Below are positions 55,856 to 64,000 of a DNA stretch of 64,000 bases, in pieces (within the stretch, counting starts at the first letter, position 1; every line of letters starts with the position of its first letter). Source of the stretch: Paramecium tetraurelia (lineage: Eukaryota); the NCBI GenBank assembly GCA_000165425.1, contig CT868043.1, forward strand, positions 62,001 through 126,000, written 5' to 3'. The notes beneath the pieces are model-generated. The model was given only the letters and a program-made list of their open reading frames with translations, was not told the DNA's origin and did not search any database. The position numbers and the translations under genes are program-made.

Positions 55856-58675
55856 ATGCTAGTGCAGCCTCATCCAAACATTCAATAAGGTTCTTGCTCT
55901 CGATCGATGTCTATCTCAATGGATGATTCAATATACACATAAATCCAACCGATAGTCTAAAAAATGACTGTGGTCAATAAACATTAGCTACAAGTCAGAA
56001 AGCCATCTGATGTAGCCTAAGAAATGATCCGATCGCCTCTGACTACTAGTGTTACCCCTCAGATTGCATCAGACAGACAGCCATAGAGCGAGATGAAGGA
56101 TTTGCTACTAATAAGGGAGGAACCAAGCAACAAAGAACACTCAGTCCAAATCAGTGATCGTTGTAAGAGGACTCATAGAACAAGAATGAAGAGCATAAGT
56201 TAATAAAGCATTTTGATTGATGAAAAGCCTTTGCATTCCTATAGCGATGTTTAATGGAGTGAATTGATGTCATTAAAAACTGTGAGTGCTCATTCCCCCT
56301 TGTAGCAACATCTTATATGTGATAAGGCAGCTGATATATATCAAAATAACTCAAGTGGGAGACGTTTCCAGCCTAAGAAACAAAATCGATATTATCATGC
56401 TAGCAATGCTGCGTATTGTTTCTATATTTGTTTCTTTATGAGCTAAATGTTGATTAATTTACATGAGAGTTTTTAAAAGCAAAATGCTTATTAGATATTA
56501 TTAATAGTCTTTTAAGTGATCTACATTCTCAATCAAATTCTATTTGAATAGTATGATGATGGTGAAATCATTAACAACATGGAATAGTTAATACAAATGT
56601 ATTTAAAAAGATAATCAATTTTTGATTTAATCACACTAATTCCAGTGATCTTCGCCTTATCATCAGAGCGTTGTCATTTCATCTAGCTAGTACACATAGT
56701 TCGTCTTTGGAAATTAAGATAATTAATGAAAGAGTTGGAATAACTCTATGGTAGAATTTTCAAGTACATTTATTATCTTATGGAATTCCACTTTGTCTAA
56801 TTTATTGCTTTGTCTATACTCCAATATAATCAAGATAGGAGGATCAACTTTTATAATGAGTTCATTGTATTGATTTACAGGTCAGAGGACAGTAATGCAA
56901 TAACGTATTTTATTCGAATGCTTACTCTGATTTATTACTGCTTTTGTGTTTTTAGATTGACTATCAGAGATGATGCAGAATTATTAAATAAATTGGAATT
57001 GCGATGCTGCACTAGGTAGTAAATAAACACTTACATGAATAAATTGAACTAATAAAAACCTGTTGATTTGAATTTCCTATCTCAATTACCTTAGACATTC
57101 GTGGATGATGTCAAATCTTAGCGTTATCTTCATCTGCTCTAAAACATGCCTATTTTTAAATCTTCTTTCTCAGAAAACACCTTGAAATAGATTTGCAGTT
57201 TGATATAAGAGTACACTTACATCCCAAATTAAGTTGTTTTAATGCAATAAACGTCTAATTAACATTTGTTCATGATATTATCAGGTGGTGTTTAGATCTC
57301 CTAAAGGAAGGAGGGTTCTTCTAATCAAGACTTTAAAATTAAAGTGCTTGGAAAGAATTCCTTTTTCAACAATCAGGCATTCTTCAAAAATGCATACTCC
57401 AATATCAATGCAACATCAATAGGATACTCTCAAATAGCTCAATTAGATTTGGATCAGTTTTTAGAATGTATAAAATCTCATTATTAGGAAAGATAAAAAT
57501 ATAAGATGATGGTTGATCAAATAGTACTGTATGAATTTTATAGTTTATGTTAATTGTGTTGTTATGCATGTGGCAAATTTCATGACATCGATGAATGTGA
57601 TCATGTACATTATATTCCAAAAAAATCTAAATTGGTAGAATATATCTAATCAAATGACTTACAAATTCGTAGAAATTATTTAAGAAGAAGGAAAGGTAAA
57701 CAGAAACAAAGAAGATTAAAATCGAACATTCTCAAAATAGAGGAGGCTGCTCTTCATTATTAACAATAGAACTTTGAGTCGGATATTACAGATGATAACA
57801 AAATATACTAAGATGAGGTGATCAGTATTCAATAGGCTTACATGGGAGAAATGAGCCATCGTTAAACAGAGAGATAGAATTCATTGTAATAATCTTAATA
57901 GACTCAAAGAAGAGGTTCATAATGCTCCATGCGTGAATCATTGCACTCTTTGTAATAGCAATAACAACAACCATAATAACAACAACATCAATTGATGGAT
58001 ATCCCAAACATTAGTCCAGTGTAGTATGTTCAATAACCACAAAGTGGAATGTCTCACAGTTCTTTTGGTTAATTGTTTAAAGATGTCTCAGTTAATCGGA
58101 AGAACATCAATGGATCTTCGGATAAAAATTCGAGTGGTAATGTGTTTTCCTTACCTTACAGCAGCAATGGCAGTAAGAACACTGTAAACAATATGATTTC
58201 GATATAAGAAAAGGATGAGCTATTTAATATTCAAATGAAACGACTCATGTTATAAGATAGTGTGTATTATCATCAGAAGCGAATACAGAATCAGGTGGAT
58301 AATTGCAGTCAGAATACGCTATCAAAATATCAGAAGTATAACACAACCCAACCGTAATAGTAATAGTAATAAGCATAAGCAATACGTTCAGATAGAAAGT
58401 CCAATTCCTGTATCTCTGAATCAGAGATAGGGGATCATCAACTACTATAGCAATAAGACTTGCAACCATCCAGATATGGGATTCAATCGTCCAAGTTTAC
58501 AGGAGAAACAGCTAAACAATTCCTGAAAAACCCGTTGGAAATGCCTAATCTAGAATTTCACCAGTCTTTTGAGAATAGTAGGTAATTCAGTGAATACTTT
58601 CCTCAATACAATGTGGATTACACCATATAGTGTTACAAAAATTATTAATAAGCTCGATCGAGTGCATATAAATGA
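55856..58675 (+). CDS. CNG/EAG-like cation-channel family protein with cNMP domain and degenerate pore
   Basis: FDLITLIP, S4-like HIVRLWKLRQL, C-linker FLSQLPQTF, cNMP domain LFMILSGGV; 940 codons; no GYG. Confidence 0.75.
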
Positions 58676-58784
58676 ATAAATTATTATGTTATTAATATGA
58701 TATCCTGGTAATATTTTAAAGGAGTAAACAAAATGAGGAATCTGACATTTTATTCTAGTTTTTATTTTATTTCAATAAAACAAA

Positions 58785-59799
58785 ATGAGCGCTCTCAAAG
58801 CAAAGGGGAGAAAAATCTTTGAAATTCCAATATGCACAATTTGTTTGGAACCAATGATAAAGGATCTGTGTGTTTTTACAGTGTGTGGACATGTGTTTCA
58901 CTATAACTGTGGTGTAAATTGCCATTAAAATTCAAGAAAATGCCCTAATTGTCGTATGAGATCTACAGAAATACAGTCATTGCATTATGCGGTTGAGGAG
59001 ATAACAGGTATTGACGAATAGATGAGCAAACTATTGAATGATTTGAGTGTTGATTAGAAATAACACATGTCGAAATTATTATCAGATCACGAAGAATTAC
59101 TGCATGAAAATCGAAGAATAATGTAAAGAAATAAATTTGTTGAAGAAAAGAATGAATCCATATAGACTGAAGTGTAGCATATCTAAGCAGAACTAATGCG
59201 AAGTTTGGAGAAGAGTAAGGAATTGGAAATAAAAGAGAAATCTCAATGCAGTTAGTTGAAGACACTAGAAGTTTGTTTGCAATCACTTGAGGAGGATAAT
59301 AAAAGATTGAAACAGGAAGTTGAAAATAATGAGATTCAATTGAAAGGATATCATTATTTGGAGACTCTATCTAAAGTAATTAACAACCCAAATGAGGATA
59401 CGTATTTAAAATTAATTAGACAAAAGAGTCCAAGTGAGTAGGCAAAGCAGATTTATGATTTATATGTGATCAAAGTGGGACAATTCAAGACAGTTTAAAA
59501 GGAAGTGACTCAGTTATAAGAGTAACGAGAATAACAACAAAAGAAATACGAATAATTGCAGTAAAAGTACGAAAGAATGAAAGATTTGTATGAGGAACTT
59601 CAGAAGGAGAATATGTCCATCAAAGAGCTTTCTAGAACTCAAAATCAGAATCCTGTGTAGAAGATTATTGAACATTATGAGGATCAGAAGTAGGAGACTG
59701 AATTAAAGGAGGAAACCTGTGAGCATGTAAAAATTAGTATCATTTGGATGCTCTTAATTAAGGAAACAACCACTGAGTTAAAGTTTATTGAAAAAATGA
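58785..59799 (+). CDS. N-terminal RING + coiled-coil protein (TRAIP-like)
   Basis: CTICLEP..VCGHVFHYNC..CPNCR followed by long coiled coil; last exon inferred. Confidence 0.7.
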
Positions 59800-59812
59800 T
59801 ATTAATTAATTT

Positions 59813-60330
59813 ATGTCTTAATTACCTGAATTCAAGATTCCAAATGTCGTGGATCCTAAATTGTGGCCAAATCCTCGTACTATGACTCCACAGTAATTGC
59901 AAACATTCACATCGTTGGACATGGTCAAATTGAACTACACATTCAAAACTTTGAAGAAATCAGCACCATACATCGTTGGTGTGTTAGCAGGATGCTTTTT
60001 TACAAGTCTTATTGTTGATAAAGTTGTGAAAGTACACATTTTTGGTGAGAATGGTATTCTTTTTATGTTATCTGTAGGAAATGGTGGAACACTCTTGCAA
60101 ATGAAGACATACAACAGCATTGGCGATTATACTTACAATAGATAATTCTAGAGAATGAGATATCTCACAGAAATGCCAGCAGGTACACTTTAGTTGTTCT
60201 ATATATAGGCGATGATCCTCTTGTGAAGACCAGCGATTATTTATTACATGACTTAGGTGTTACAACTCAATAAGTTGGTGTTTAACATGGTATTGTCAAG
60301 AAAGTGCCACACGATAAGTATCTATTGTGA
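59813..60330 (+). CDS. Ciliate-type mitochondrial ATP synthase membrane subunit (resembles Tetrahymena ATPTT12, from memory)
   Basis: LWPNP..single TM..IFGENGNGG..YNRQFQRMRYLTEMPAGDDPL..PHDKYL; two introns. Confidence 0.6.
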
Positions 60331-60366
60331 GTAATACGGCAAATATAATATATACAATAAATTAAT

Positions 60367-61286
60367 TCAAAATATACTACAATTTATACATGTTTCAGAA
60401 GATTTCTCTTTGATTTCATTTGTTATTTCTTTCAAAACATTGATCCTCTGTTGTTCGCATAATTCATAGGTCTGTGATTTGTTTCTACCAAAATGTTCTA
60501 TAAATGATATATAAATAGTGACTCACTTTCATTGGTTGATGAATTCCTTGAGTTTTCAAAATTAGTGGATTGTGACTCGAATTCCTCATATTAAATGAGT
60601 TTTTATTTCAAATTTTCAAGATTCTCGATCAGCTGATTCAAATTTTTGAACTACATAGAACTTTCACATTATTACATATTGTGTGATGATGATGATATTG
60701 TCATCAAGTAGCATTTCCTAATATGATTGATTAAGGATATCCAAGGAGTGACTATTTGCATTATTGGGATTGTTTTCTATCCTATTGAAATACTCATTGA
60801 CATATTCCATCTCACTTTGGTAGATTTGCACCACTCTCATAATATCCAAATGCTCAAATTGATCATCATCCTTATTCTCCAGGTTTTGAGACTATATCTA
60901 TTGAAATTTGGGATGGATTTCCTGATGTAACTTAAAACCGTCTTTGATGGATTGTTCCAATTTGGCAATGGAGCCCTTCAAGAGCATGAGATCAACTTGC
61001 TGGTCAAAGATGATTCGACTCTTCTTGATCTTGCTCTGTTGTCTCTTTGGACTATGAATGAGTTCTTCTTGACAGAGCAAATCATTGATGATCTTAGAAA
61101 CAAGACGAAGCTAGGGGATGATTGCATAGAGATTCTTACCTCTGTGATCTTCTTAATCAAATAAGTCTTGTGCACCTAATTGGATTTCATTTGATCTAAG
61201 GTGGCAACCAATCCCGAGATGCACTTGATTTTGTCGCCATAATCCATAGTATCAAGCACTGATTCGATTGGTAAGTCTTATTTCAT
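60367..61286 (-). CDS. Hypothetical protein with C-terminal CaaX (CINCSIF)
   Basis: Table-6 frame with tiny introns ending ETCINCSIF-TGA. Confidence 0.55.
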
Positions 61287-61430
61287 CTGCGATTTCAACA
61301 GTACGATTAATTATAAAATAAAAAAATCTTTGCTTCTCAAACATAACAAATTTTGAATATCACTCGTTTGGATATTAGTAAGAATCACTTGGTTTAAGTA
61401 AGTGATTTAATTTTATAATTAATATTAAAT

Positions 61431-63031
61431 ATGTTTATATGTTGTGCTAGCAACAAGAAGCCGAAAGTTGTGCAAACTTAAACATAAATACCTCCTTTGC
61501 AAGCTCAAACGAAACAACCTAAATATCAAATAAGAACCTCAAATGATCAAGATCAACATTCCACTAATTTAACCAACATGGAAGGAACAAATGATAAGAT
61601 CAATCTCAGTTTGCAAGAAGTCGAGAAGTTCATTTTGCATGACAAGAAAACCTTGGAGCAAGAACGCGAATTAGTTACTAAATTGATTGAATTGCCTGAG
61701 AAGAGTCACCTCATCGAATTTAACTGGGCCATTGCATACACCAATTACATCAAAAATGCAGGATTACATCCAGGTGAGATTAGCAACAAAATCCTCTATG
61801 ACAAATACAAAGCCAAAGAAGAATTGGTATTGGATAAGGATTACGTATTGGTCAATGATTAGGTCTGGAATGTGTTGGTGAACATCTACAAAGGAGGACC
61901 TATGATGACAATCAATGATTTGGATAGAAAAAGTGAAATCAATATCTTGGATCAATCACTTAAGGTATTTGCATCACCCTCAATGAATGATCTCGACATA
62001 AAACAAGCCAAAATTAGACACCTCAAATAAATGTCAATCAAGGAACTACAAATAGTTGGACTGGAGAATGAGATCTACTTTTGCTACCTGAATAGTGTCT
62101 TATAATGTCTGATGGGTATCCCATAATTAAATTCTTACTTTCTGATTTCCTCTTAATCTGAGTGCAAACTCTTTAGTTATGCCTATTCACTACTTTTAAG
62201 AAAGGCCTCCAAAGTGCATTACAAAGCACGCATAGTGGCCAAAGAGTTGATCAAAGTTCTACAGAAGCATTTCTCAATCTACGAAATGCATGATAGTTCT
62301 GAATTACTGCTCTTCATTTTGGATAAATTCAAAGAAGAAATATTCATTAATAATGCTCTTCAATTGAATCAACTTCAATAATGCCAATTCAAGTAATCTA
62401 TCACATTTATTGACGAATTATTCCATGGACAACTCACTTCATTCATTAAATGTTCAGATTGCAATAAAATTAGTCAGCATCAAGATCCATTCTATGATTT
62501 AAGTCTACCACTAGTGGGTAAGAATTTCATGTAGCGAAAACTAACAATATAGGAATGTTTAAGTAACTATTTCAAAGAGGAAATGATTGATGGGGGTTGG
62601 ACTTGCTCTTTTTGTAACCAGAAGTTTAGGACCATCAAACGGCGTGTTAAAATCTCGTTTGCACCTAACATCTTGGTTTTGCAATTAAAAAGATTCCAAG
62701 TCTACCCTTTGTAGAAAAAAATCAAAGAACCAGTCGTCGCTGATATGGAATTGAATATAAAGAAGTAGAATCATCATTTTATTGATTTAGTTTTTGTGTA
62801 TCAGAGGTAGTTGATACCAAATATGAGTTGCACTCTATGATTGTGCATTCAGGCACTATAGATTAGGGTCATTATGTGGCTGTGGTCAAGCGGAATCAGA
62901 ATGTATGTTTATCTTAATGATTTGTGAAGTTTTATCTCTTCAATGATGATGAAATTGAGCGTCTCTCCCTTAACCAAATCAATCGAATCGATTCTGCTTA
63001 TCTATTCATGTATCATAGGAAAAGTGATTGA
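61431..63031 (+). CDS. Ubiquitin-specific protease (C19) with DUSP-like N-terminal domain
   Basis: PGEISN..DYVLVNDQVW..YKGGP; Cys box GLENEIYFCYLNSVLQCL; LQLKRF; His box HSGTIDQGHYVA..FNDD. Confidence 0.92.
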
Positions 63032-63071
63032 TTAATTAACTTTTTTTATTATATTTTCTGTTGAAATTTGA

Positions 63072-64000
63072 ATGAGTTCCAACACTCTCCTCACTTACCT
63101 CCAAAATCAAATCACCCAATTGACACTCAACATAGAACATATACAGAAAGACATTTCTCTACTTCACACCCAATTTGAACAGAAAATATTCACAGCCAAA
63201 AGAGAATGTACTATCATTTTTAACATAAATCATAGTAAATAGTAGAGATGACTCAAACCAAATTTCTATTGAACAAATCAAATAATAATTTGATTACACA
63301 ATCAAAGCCTTAGAATTGAAGATGTTGCAAATTGATGAAAACAAAATGGATCAAAATGAAGCTTATTAAATGATGGAATCCAACAGAAAAACCATACAAG
63401 AAGATGTAGATCTACTCAAAAATGAAATGGCCTATTAAAAAAAGTATTTTGACGATCTCCTCAATGAAAAAATACGCCGTTTAGAAATCTCCACTCTGAC
63501 TGAATAAGTACACTAATTCAAAGATCAGCTCAAACAATACTATTAAGAGGAATAGAGATAACTAAATGAACATCAAACACTTACCAAGTCTCTCCTTAAT
63601 GCAAATAAAAAAGCATTCTTTCAAGAATTAGAAAGAATAGTTCAATAAGTGGACTCTATGAAAATAGAAATTCACGATTAACAATAATTATTTATTAAAA
63701 AACCTGAACTAGAAACTAAAATCAATTAGATTAATTTACAATTAGAATTAAAGTCAGATTTGATTGAAGTGTAGAATGCTCTAAATACATAATAAATCGA
63801 TATTGCCTAAAGATTTTAAGAATTTAAAGATGAAGTCCGTACCGTTTTGGAATTACAAGGAAATGAATTTTATCAATTAATCAATAAGAAAGTATACATA
63901 TTATCTTACAATAGGCAAATCACTCCGAAATCATCTCCCTCTTATAAAATAAAATAGATATGGAAGCACTTCTAATGCATACAGAAGACAAAGTTCCTCT
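63072..64000 (+). CDS. Hypothetical coiled-coil protein, runs off window
   Basis: Open table-6 frame, intron near 63893-63914. Confidence 0.6.

Larger units (their letters stand above)
1..64000. other. Ciliate (Paramecium-type) macronuclear DNA; translation table 6; tiny introns
   Basis: Conserved genes (eEF2, RPS5, DRG1) read through many in-frame TAA/TAG and end at TGA; GT..AG introns of 21-29 nt; very short intergenic spacers. Confidence 0.95.

Noticed and set aside
292..61955. Most ORFs in the supplied track
   Set aside because: Computed with the standard code; they are fragments between Gln-coding TAA/TAG or antisense shadows of real genes

Overview
This is AT-rich, very gene-dense eukaryotic DNA that uses the ciliate nuclear code (TAA/TAG = Gln, TGA the only stop) and has 20-30 nt GT-AG introns, so it is almost certainly a Paramecium macronuclear chromosome. 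The supplied ORF track uses the standard code and fragments every gene, so I re-translated by eye with table 6; intron boundaries and some starts are manual estimates. About 40 genes are visible. Recognisable ones include PDH E1-alpha (3' part), DRG1, LMF, two tandem kinases, a CTD-type phosphatase, NOL10, RPS5, an MFS transporter, UCH-L3, eEF2, DCTN6, CHFR, a ciliate ATP synthase subunit and a USP. The most notable pattern is a set of intact, mostly spliced pseudo-enzymes: (i) a full-length eEF2 paralog that has lost GTPase motifs G1/G2/G3 but keeps the diphthamide loop and an intron position shared with the canonical eEF2 about 34 kb away; (ii) a ~212-aa mini Has1/DDX18 derivative with no ATPase motifs; (iii) dead Ulp1-like and OTU-like protease genes next to (i); (iv) tandem pseudokinase-MORN genes; (v) a putatively acylated degenerate macrodomain; (vi) a CNG/EAG-like channel without a K+ filter. 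There is also a decayed FAM161 pseudogene and an apparent +1 frameshift in NOL10. I saw no RNA genes, mobile elements, telomere repeats or CRISPR arrays.
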